A model generated the notes under the pieces. The model saw only the letters and a program-made list of their open reading frames with translations, did not search any database and was not told the origin of the DNA. Made by a program: the position numbers and the translations under genes. 64,000 bases of DNA from Terrimicrobiaceae bacterium (GTDB lineage Bacteria; Verrucomicrobiota; Verrucomicrobiia; Chthoniobacterales; Terrimicrobiaceae), in the NCBI GenBank assembly GCA_041752695.1, contig JBGSVZ010000031.1:96001-160000 (forward strand). The letters run 5' to 3'. Shown piece by piece: positions 57,005 to 64,000 of the stretch (positions are counted from its first letter, which is position 1; every line of letters starts with the position of its first letter).

Positions 57005-57795
57005 AGTGGCAGAGATTTTTTGATTTTCGCGAACTCGATGACGAGCCGAAGCCGTTCCTCGATCATATCGAGGACCTGCGGAGGATGCTCATCAAGATGA
57101 TCGTCGTGCTGGTCGCCATGATGGGCGTGTCGTTTCTCTTCCAGGGAACCATTGTGAATTTTATCCAGCGTCCGCTGCTGGCCATTGATCCCGAGATGAA
57201 AAGTCTGACAAACTTCGGCATCGCGGACCCGCTCACCATTGCCATCGAGTTGTCGTTTTATTCCGGTCTGGTGCTGGCGTTTCCGTTCCTCATTCTTTTC
57301 CTGGCGGAGTTCATTTTGCCCGCTCTCACCGGTCCCGAAAAACGCATGCTCTATCCCGCTGCGGGGGTTTCGCTCGGTCTTTTCCTGGGCGGTGTGGCCT
57401 TTGCCTACTTCCTCGTTCTGCCGCCGGCGCTGGACTATTTTTTTAATTACTCCAAGTCCCTCAACTGGAATCCCCAGTGGAGCGTGCGGGAGTATTTTTC
57501 CTTCACCACGCAGTTCATCATTTCCTTTGGCCTGGCTTTTGAATTGCCCCTAGCGGTACTGATTCTGGTCAAGCTCGGCATCCTGAGTCACGAGATCCTG
57601 CAGCGCACCCGGGCCTTCGCGGTCGTGATCATCCTGGTTCTGGCGGCGATCATCACACCGACGACCGACGTCTTTACCCTCCTGCTCATGGCTGGGCCAA
57701 TGTATCTGCTCTATGAAGGCTGTATTGTGATTGCCAAGGTCATGGAGCGGAAAGGGTTGAGCCGCACCCTGGCGGCTCCGGCTCCCGAGGAATGA
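57001..57795 (+). CDS. tatC: Twin-arginine translocase subunit TatC
   Basis: PFLDHIEDLR, FILPAL..EK, FGLAFELP, AAIITPTTD, LYE. Confidence 0.96.
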   Translation: MKWQRFFDFRELDDEPKPFLDHIEDLRRMLIKMIVVLVAMMGVSFLFQGTIVNFIQRPLLAIDPEMKSLTNFGIADPLTIAIELSFYSGLVLAFPFLILFLAEFILPALTGPEKRMLYPAAGVSLGLFLGGVAFAYFLVLPPALDYFFNYSKSLNWNPQWSVREYFSFTTQFIISFGLAFELPLAVLILVKLGILSHEILQRTRAFAVVIILVLAAIITPTTDVFTLLLMAGPMYLLYEGCIVIAKVMERKGLSRTLAAPAPEE

Positions 57796-59069
57796 CACGC
57801 CCGGGGCTTCTCGCGGTCGTTCTGATGGTTTCCAGCGCGGGCGGAGCGGAACCACCGCGAGGATGGAGAACGGCCGACGGTCGGGCCTTTCAAGCGGAGA
57901 TTGCGGGAGTCGAGGGAGCGAAGGTCATTTTCCGGGCCTCCGACGGCCGACGTTCCTCATTTCCCCTGGAGCAACTGGCATCGGAGGATCAGCTCGTTGT
58001 GGAGGAGTGGCGGAGGAAGCGGCCTGCCAAAGGGGAGATGCCGGAGGTCGTCGGCGTGGAGACGGCCGACATCCGCGCGGAAGTGGTGAGCGAGGATCAA
58101 CGCAACGAGAAATTTGTTTACCGCACCCAGCATTTCGAATTTGAGTCGCAGGGGAAATTCACCCAGAGCCTACTGCGCGAGGTGGCGAGGAATTTCGAGG
58201 CGACCTTTGAATTGCTCAAAGTGTTGCCGTGGGGGATTGATCCCCAGCCGGATTCGGAGGGATATTTTCGGGCGCGGCTTCTGCGCACGCGTTTGGTTTA
58301 TGAGGCGGAGGGAGGGCCGAAGAACAGCGGTGGGGTGTATCTCCGGCAGAAGAAGGTTTTTATGGTCCCGTTCGACAGCATTGGATTGAAGCTCGTCGGC
58401 AAGAGCTACGCCAAGGATCTGGACTTCGACACGTCCACCCTGGTGCACGAGCTGACCCATCAAATGATGCACTCCTGGTTGGGCCTCCTGCCCCAGTGGG
58501 TCATAGAAGGCACAGCCGAGTACACCGGGGCATTGCCGCTCAAACTGGGGCGCTTCCGGGTGTCTTCCGCCAAGACCGGCCTGCGCGATTACCTGGAGGC
58601 TTTCAAGCGGCGTCGGGGGGTGCCACTGGCATACCCTCTGGAAGATTTGTTTCCCATCACGAACGAGACATGGAATGCGATTCTGGAAAAGGAACCGCTG
58701 GTCGCCGGACGACTCTATTTCACGTCGTTCCTCCTGGTCTATTATTTCATGCACCTCGACGGAGCCGGAGACGGTGAGCTTTTTCAGCGGTATTTCCGTG
58801 AAGTGGACACGACTCGCCGCGAGTTGGAGGCCTACTTCAAGGCGTGGGAGGAGTTTAAAAAACTGCCCGGCGTAGTCGAGCGGGAGGATGGCGGGTATTC
58901 CTGGAAGGCTGGCCTTACGCCTCCCGAACAGCCTGCGATTCTTGCCTCCGAGGGGGCCCGGGAGGACTTCCAAAAACGGACCCTGCAGATCCTACTGAAC
59001 GGGCGCAGCGAGGAGGAGTTGATGCGGGAAATCCGCTCTGCCTACACGCGACTCGGCGTGCGACTTTAA
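57792..59069 (+). CDS. Secreted SHD1-like domain + HEXXH metallopeptidase-like protein
   Basis: WRTADGRAFQAE...LEQLASEDQ; VHELTHQ...WVIEGTAEY. Confidence 0.8.
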   Translation: MTRPGLLAVVLMVSSAGGAEPPRGWRTADGRAFQAEIAGVEGAKVIFRASDGRRSSFPLEQLASEDQLVVEEWRRKRPAKGEMPEVVGVETADIRAEVVSEDQRNEKFVYRTQHFEFESQGKFTQSLLREVARNFEATFELLKVLPWGIDPQPDSEGYFRARLLRTRLVYEAEGGPKNSGGVYLRQKKVFMVPFDSIGLKLVGKSYAKDLDFDTSTLVHELTHQMMHSWLGLLPQWVIEGTAEYTGALPLKLGRFRVSSAKTGLRDYLEAFKRRRGVPLAYPLEDLFPITNETWNAILEKEPLVAGRLYFTSFLLVYYFMHLDGAGDGELFQRYFREVDTTRRELEAYFKAWEEFKKLPGVVEREDGGYSWKAGLTPPEQPAILASEGAREDFQKRTLQILLNGRSEEELMREIRSAYTRLGVRL

Positions 59070-59075
59070 GCGATT

Positions 59076-60905
59076 TCAGGACGAAAAGGCGACGCGTGGG
59101 TAGGTCTCCAAATGGCCTGCCACCACGGCGGCGAAAACGGTCCCGAACTCCTCGAGTTTTTTCTCGCCCACGCCGGTGACGCCGCGCATCGCCTCCTTTG
59201 TGGTGGGATAAACCCGCGCCATGTCGCGCAAGGTGGCGTCGCCAAAAATGATATAAGCCGGCACGCCCCGTTCGTCGGCCAGGCGTTTGCGCAGGTCGCG
59301 CAGCCGGCCAAAAAGGACCTCGTCGCATTCAATCTCGCCGGTGCGGCGGGTGGGACGTTTCGCTTTTGGCAGCGACATCGGTTTGGTCAGCATGATCACC
59401 CGTCGGGTCTTCAACGCCTCAAGGCCGTCTTCGGTGATTTCGATGGTCGGAAATTCTCCCGCCGCTTGGGCGATGAGGCCGAGCCGCATCAGCTCGCGAC
59501 CGATGGCGGACCATTCGGGCCGCGAAATGTCCTTCCCGATCCCGTAGGTCGTCAGGGTGTCGTGGTTCCAGCGACGGATCTTTTCCGTCTCCGCGCCGGT
59601 GAGAACTTCGACGATATGATTCATACCCACACCAAACCGGCTGGCCTGGCGAACGCGGTACACGCAGGAGAGAAATTTTTGCGCGCTGGTCGTGCCGTCG
59701 TAGGTGGCGCGGGGTTCCTGGCAGTTGTCGCAGGCGGCGCAGTTTTCCGCGGAAAATTTTTCGCCGAAATATTCCAGCAGTTCGACGCGACGACAGGACG
59801 GGCATTCCGCGTAGTGCAACATCTGACGCAGTTGGGTGCGGGCCGCCTGTTGTTCCTGCGGGTTCGACATTTCGTCGATGAAAAACGTCTGCTTCGCCAC
59901 GTCGCCCGCGCTGAAAAGCAGGAGGCAGTCCGAGGGCAGTCCATCGCGCCCGGCCCGGCCGGTTTCCTGGTAATAACCTTCGATGTTTTTCGGTAGATCA
60001 TGATGGATCACCCAGCGCACGTTGGGTTTGTTGATCCCCATGCCAAAGGCAATGGTCGCGCAGATGATCCGGACTTCGTCGCGCAGGAAGAGTTCCTGAT
60101 TCTCCGCGCGGGTGGCGGCGTCGAGTCCCGCATGATAGGGCCGGGCGGAAAAACCGCGATCCGTCAGGGACTCCGCCACGCGGTCCACCGTGGCCCGCGT
60201 CGCGCAGTAGATGATCCCGCTGTCCTCTTTGCGTTTGCCCGCAAAGTCGAGGATCTGCTTCATCGGCTGATCTTTCGGGGTCACGCGGTAGGAAAGGTTC
60301 GGCCGGTTGAAGCTCGCGACAAAAATCTCCGGTTCGCGCAGCCGCAGGTGTTTGATGATGTCGAGGCGGACCCTGGCGGTGGCGGTGGCGGTGAGAGCAA
60401 TGACCGGAGCGTCCGGCAACAGTTCGCGCAGCTGGGCCATTTGACGGTATTCCGGCCGAAAATCGTGGCCCCATTCCGAAATGCAATGCGCCTCGTCGAT
60501 GGCGAGTGCTGCGACATTCCAGGAGCGGAGATTTTCTTTCCAGTTGTCCAGCATCAGGCGTTCCGGTGCTGCATAAAGCAGGCGGTATTCGCCATTGTGC
60601 AAGCCGCGCAGACGGGCCTTGGATTCGGCCACACTGAGGGACGAATTCAAAAAGGTCGCCGCCACGCCGGCGGCCTGGAGTTGGTCCACCTGATCTTTCA
60701 TCAGGGCGATGAGCGGTGAGACCACGACGGTGAGACCCGGACGGTGCAGGGCGGGCAGTTGAAAACAAAGCGACTTTCCGCCCCCGGTGGGCAGCAGGGC
60801 AAAGACATCCCGCCCGGCCATGCTGGTGTCGATGATCTCGCGCTGCAGGGGACGGAATTCAGAGTAGCCGAAGGTTGTCTTCAGCGTGCGGAGCAGGTCG
60901 GGCAT
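59076..60905 (-). CDS. recQ: DNA helicase RecQ
   Basis: PTGGGKSLCFQ, DEAHC.SEWGHDFRP, QETGRAGRDG, Zn/RQC and HRDC domains. Confidence 0.97.
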   Translation of the reverse strand: MPDLLRTLKTTFGYSEFRPLQREIIDTSMAGRDVFALLPTGGGKSLCFQLPALHRPGLTVVVSPLIALMKDQVDQLQAAGVAATFLNSSLSVAESKARLRGLHNGEYRLLYAAPERLMLDNWKENLRSWNVAALAIDEAHCISEWGHDFRPEYRQMAQLRELLPDAPVIALTATATARVRLDIIKHLRLREPEIFVASFNRPNLSYRVTPKDQPMKQILDFAGKRKEDSGIIYCATRATVDRVAESLTDRGFSARPYHAGLDAATRAENQELFLRDEVRIICATIAFGMGINKPNVRWVIHHDLPKNIEGYYQETGRAGRDGLPSDCLLLFSAGDVAKQTFFIDEMSNPQEQQAARTQLRQMLHYAECPSCRRVELLEYFGEKFSAENCAACDNCQEPRATYDGTTSAQKFLSCVYRVRQASRFGVGMNHIVEVLTGAETEKIRRWNHDTLTTYGIGKDISRPEWSAIGRELMRLGLIAQAAGEFPTIEITEDGLEALKTRRVIMLTKPMSLPKAKRPTRRTGEIECDEVLFGRLRDLRKRLADERGVPAYIIFGDATLRDMARVYPTTKEAMRGVTGVGEKKLEEFGTVFAAVVAGHLETYPRVAFSS

Positions 60906-60911
60906 GGAAGG

Positions 60912-61316
60912 TTATTGGGGACGGACGAAGGGATTTAGCTGAAGATTTCCGACCTTTACCAGAGGTTCAAAGTGATCGTCGAAGGTGGCCAAACTGACAT
61001 CATGATGGATGCAGATGGCAGCGATCATGAGGTCCATTGGCGGAATCCGCAGGCCCGCATCATTTAACTTCGCGCCCAGCACCGCTGCCTGCTGCCAAAG
61101 ATCGGTCGGAGTAGGAAGCAGGGGCATGGTTTCGAGACGTTTGAGGAGGGCGGGACGATCCTGTTTTGAGGCCGCGTAGAGAAGTTCAAAACGCACGGGC
61201 TCGCAGAGCAGGGCCTCGGCGTCATTGAGCAGTGTATCGGCGAGATTCCGGGTGGCTTGGGGAGTTTTTACCCGCAGATGGTCCACCCAGATGCAGGTGT
61301 CGATTATCTGTCCCAC
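60912..61316 (-). CDS. vapC: VapC PIN toxin
   Basis: IIDTCIWV, E, DLMIAA, TFDDHF. Confidence 0.9.
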   Translation of the reverse strand: MGQIIDTCIWVDHLRVKTPQATRNLADTLLNDAEALLCEPVRFELLYAASKQDRPALLKRLETMPLLPTPTDLWQQAAVLGAKLNDAGLRIPPMDLMIAAICIHHDVSLATFDDHFEPLVKVGNLQLNPFVRPQ

Positions 61317-61528
61317 GGGCTGATCGCATCCAGTTTTTGAATTTCCTCATGGTGGGGAAATTCCACCCGGAATTCCCCCGACATGACTTCATCGGAAAGC
61401 TCCCGTCTCCGGCGTAGCATCAACCCGCTGGCCAGAAATTTGACAATTGCGGGGCCTTTCTTCTTTTCGCCGGAAAATCGTATGATATCGGCCAGATCGT
61501 TTTCCGGAATATCGACCGTTATTTTCAT
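61304..61528 (-). CDS. VapB-type antitoxin (DUF2191-like)
   Basis: MKITVDIPE..L...SGEKKKGPAI; overlaps the vapC start. Confidence 0.82.
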   Translation of the reverse strand: MKITVDIPENDLADIIRFSGEKKKGPAIVKFLASGLMLRRRRELSDEVMSGEFRVEFPHHEEIQKLDAISPWDR

Positions 61529-61591
61529 AAAAAAAGGATACCGTAATCCGATTTTCTTGCAATCAAATCGCATGGTTTGGTTCTGAAAACG

Positions 61592-61625
61592 AAAAAGCCC
61601 CGGGGTCGAAACCTCGGGGCTCTTT
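61592..61625 (-). terminator. Rho-independent terminator after the glutaredoxin gene
   Basis: aaaaa-gccccgggg/ctcggggc stem-loop. Confidence 0.7.
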
Positions 61626-61678
61626 ACGCGGGAGGGAAACTCCTGGGGTGAAGCCTCGTTCAGGGCGACACCGCGCTT

Positions 61679-62014
61679 TTACAATCGAACATTGATCATG
61701 GCGGCGTGTTCTTCATCGGAACACGGGGCATTGAGCGGAACGTTGACCGCTTTCTCGCTGGATCCCACGAGGCTGTTCGCCAGCAAATACGCTTCCACTT
61801 CCTCGCCGCTGATGTCGGGAAGCATGGTCCCGTTCACCACGACGCAGGGAGACAAGGGCTGGCCGCTCACCTGCTCCATCTCGAATCGGTATTCCGGATT
61901 CTGAATGATGTCCTTTTCCGTGTAGGGGAGGTCATATTTCGCGAGGACGGCACGGACACCTTTGCTCCATCCGCAATGTGTCTTCAAGTAGGCTGTGATT
62001 TCGGGTTTTTCCAT
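61679..62014 (-). CDS. Monothiol glutaredoxin-like protein
   Basis: CGWS, SGQPLSP, DISGEE. Confidence 0.88.
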   Translation of the reverse strand: MEKPEITAYLKTHCGWSKGVRAVLAKYDLPYTEKDIIQNPEYRFEMEQVSGQPLSPCVVVNGTMLPDISGEEVEAYLLANSLVGSSEKAVNVPLNAPCSDEEHAAMINVRL

Positions 62015-62078
62015 TATTGAGACACACTAGCACCGATGCACCCGGTTCCAAGGGCAAATTTCCGCGCGCGTTCGCGGA

Positions 62079-62234
62079 TCAATAGGTACTGATCGTCCGG
62101 GTTTCGGAAACACCGACAGCCGCCGGACGGAGGGTGGAAGTTTCTTCCGTGGTGGTGGTGGTTGTGGTGGTTTCGCAGCCGGTGAGCGCGCAGAGGGCAG
62201 CGATGGCGAGGAAGGAAAAGAGTGCAGTTTTCAT
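62079..62234 (-). CDS. 51-aa Thr-rich lipoprotein (not in ORF track)
   Basis: Manual translation MKTALFSFLAIAALCALTGCETTTTTTTTEETSTLRPAAVGVSETRTISTY; lipobox LTGC. Confidence 0.75.
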   Translation of the reverse strand: MKTALFSFLAIAALCALTGCETTTTTTTTEETSTLRPAAVGVSETRTISTY

Positions 62235-62292
62235 AGTGTGGTGCCGCGGAGCTCCGGATCGGGTTGAACCGGAGCACCTGCAGCTGGCAGGA

Positions 62293-62697
62293 TTAGTCTT
62301 TGGTTTCCGTCGTGGTTGTCGTGGTCCGTCGTTCTTCGATCACGGGGACGACTGGCGCGGCGACGGTTTTTTGAACGATGACTTTCGAGGCCACCATCTG
62401 GCCGCCGACTGTCGTGTAATAAACCGTGACGGGGGCGCCGGAACGCACAACTTCCATGGAAACAGGAGCACCGGTCTCGTCCACGTAAGTGGTGGACTTG
62501 CTGTAGCTGTAGCGGACAGGTTCAGGTGACGTTGTCGAGCGGATCAGCATCGTGTCCGGGCCAAATTCGCTGATCGTGCCGGCGGAGGTGGTTGTGGTGA
62601 CTTCCGTGGCCACGGTTTGGGCCAGGGAGAGGGAAGTCGCGGAGAGGCTCAGTCCCAGGACTGCGGCGCCGATAAGTGTGCGTGTGTGAGGTTTCAT
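62293..62697 (-). CDS. Small secreted Thr-rich protein (possible OB-fold)
   Basis: Signal peptide; TTTTSAGTISEF...GAPVTVYY...VASKVIV; TTTTTT tail. Confidence 0.8.
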   Translation of the reverse strand: MKPHTRTLIGAAVLGLSLSATSLSLAQTVATEVTTTTSAGTISEFGPDTMLIRSTTSPEPVRYSYSKSTTYVDETGAPVSMEVVRSGAPVTVYYTTVGGQMVASKVIVQKTVAAPVVPVIEERRTTTTTTETKD

Positions 62698-62793
62698 CAC
62701 CTACTGATCGCGGCTGCGGCTGCGGCGGCTGTATTTCTTTTCGCGCGCGACGCCTTTGCTGGGCAGTGGGAGGAAACACGGCGACGTCCAAGA

Positions 62794-62829
62794 CCAAAAA
62801 GCCTGTCCGTCGCGGGAACAGGCTTTTGG
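62794..62829 (-). terminator. Rho-independent terminator
   Basis: aaaaagcctgt...acaggctttt hairpin. Confidence 0.7.
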
Positions 62830-62864
62830 CAAACGTTATTTGCTAAGGAAACTCCCGGGTAAGG

Positions 62865-63437
62865 TCAGGAGGCGGTCGTCTCTTCGCTTTGGGATGCTTG
62901 CTGGCCGTCGCTTTTGAGATTTTCCGTAATCTCGGTGGCGCGTCGGGCAATTTCCGCCCGGATCTCCCCGAGATTGAGGGCAAAACCTTCTTCCTCGGCA
63001 TCTTCGAGGAGTTCGTCGATATAGTCGTCAATCTCCACCAGGTTTTCCAAGGCGTCGGAAGCATCTTTCATTGCGTGTTTGAAGTCCGCCGCAGCGCTTT
63101 CCAGATGGTCGCCGAGCCGGGTGTCCTCCTCCTCTTCCTCTTCGCCTTCCCATTCTTCAAAAGTCTCGTCTTCCGCGTCTTCCTCCTCCTCCAGAGCCTC
63201 GGCTCCGCTGTGGGCCTTCACCCATTCGGTCAGATACTGTTTCGTATCCTCGAGACAATTTTCGTAAGCCTCAATGGTGTGGAGGCAATCCTCCTTGGCG
63301 TGGGCGATGTCGCACTCTGCGTGGACCAGATCTTTCGACGCATGGCGGAAAAGTTTCACCGAACGTCTGACCAACTTGGCGGCCCGTTTCGGATTGGCAG
63401 TTTTTTCGAGGTATTGGGAGAGAGTCAGAGTTTCCAT
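62865..63437 (-). CDS. Highly acidic helical hypothetical protein
   Basis: 190-aa ORF with E/D tracts, bracketed by two terminators. Confidence 0.75.
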   Translation of the reverse strand: METLTLSQYLEKTANPKRAAKLVRRSVKLFRHASKDLVHAECDIAHAKEDCLHTIEAYENCLEDTKQYLTEWVKAHSGAEALEEEEDAEDETFEEWEGEEEEEEDTRLGDHLESAAADFKHAMKDASDALENLVEIDDYIDELLEDAEEEGFALNLGEIRAEIARRATEITENLKSDGQQASQSEETTAS

Positions 63438-63519
63438 GGCTTTGGGTAACAGGGGAGGGTTCCGCTATCGGCGGGAAGGTTGCAAGCATATGGCGAAATT
63501 GTTGCCTGCGGCCTAACGC

Positions 63520-63555
63520 AAAAAAAACGCCGCCGGGGTGACCGGCGGCGTTTTT
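63520..63555 (-). terminator. rpsA terminator
   Basis: aaaaaaaacgccgccgg-ggtga-ccggcggcgttttt. Confidence 0.85.
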
Positions 63556-63576
63556 GGAACGGTGAGAAACCGTGAA

Positions 63577-64000
63577 TTACTTTTTCTTCTTGGCGTCGCC
63601 GGGACGATACTCCTCCTCGGCGATCTCGAAGGCGGCAGCCAGACCGACCATATCCTCGCCGGGGCGCAGGGTATCGAGGGTTTCGGCTTCGCGCTTGAGC
63701 GCTTCGGCGTCGTAGTGGGCGGCCTTGATGGAAAGACCGATGCGGCGCTCGGCTTTGTCCACCTTGATGACGCGGGCTTCGACTTCCTGGCCGACTTTGA
63801 GCGCGTCTTTGACTTTTTCCACCCGGTCTTCGCTGATTTGCGAGATGTGGACGAGGCCGTCGATGTCGCCTTCGAGCTGCACAAAGGCCCCGAAGTTCGT
63901 GATCTTGGTGACAGTCCCCTTGACCAGATCGCCCATTTTGAAGCGGACGTCGATTTCCTTCCACGGATCGTTCTCGAGCTGTTTGATGCCCAGGCTGATC
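63577..64000 (-). CDS. rpsA: 30S ribosomal protein S1 (3' part)
   Basis: S1 domain GTVTKITNFGAFVQLEGDIDGLVHISQI...RRIGLSIK; open at the window edge. Confidence 0.95.
   Translation of the reverse strand, partial: ISLGIKQLENDPWKEIDVRFKMGDLVKGTVTKITNFGAFVQLEGDIDGLVHISQISEDRVEKVKDALKVGQEVEARVIKVDKAERRIGLSIKAAHYDAEALKREAETLDTLRPGEDMVGLAAAFEIAEEEYRPGDAKKKK

Noticed and set aside
1..64000. CRISPR array, rRNA, IS transposase, integrase
   Set aside because: No regularly spaced repeats, rRNA-like tract, or DDE/tyrosine/serine recombinase motifs were seen.

Overview
GC-rich bacterial DNA that looks verrucomicrobial (Chthoniobacterales/Terrimicrobium-like), inferred from a PEP-CTERM protein, a PVC-type prepilin protein and a PVC-type LacI. 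It has three zones. (1) 1-48.2 kb is a mosaic glycan-utilisation region: three GH74-like propeller proteins, GH39, GH1, GH3, GH2, GH28-like, GH29, GH27, an esterase, a GPH-type MFS transporter, a DUF5107-TPR protein and five regulators. It also carries a single-chain MocD-type diiron oxygenase + Rieske + NqrF-like reductase fusion, a candidate sugar O-demethylase. A 16-bp palindrome (GCTTAA-N4-TTAAGC) recurs nine times about 55-100 bp upstream of glycan transcription units. (2) 48.2-56.5 kb is a minus-strand mobilisation module: Toprim primase-like protein, DUF3560 protein, a ~1.1 kb hairpin-rich non-coding tract, MobC-like protein, 3H relaxase, VirD4-like coupling protein and a stand-alone ClpB-NBD2 ATPase. 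No integrase or VirB4 is present in the window. The module ends at an att-like junction that appears to truncate a NUDIX gene. (3) 56.5-64 kb is core-like: NUDIX, tatC, a metallopeptidase-like protein, recQ, vapBC, a glutaredoxin, small exported proteins and the 3' end of rpsA. All family calls come from motif recognition by eye; no database search was run.
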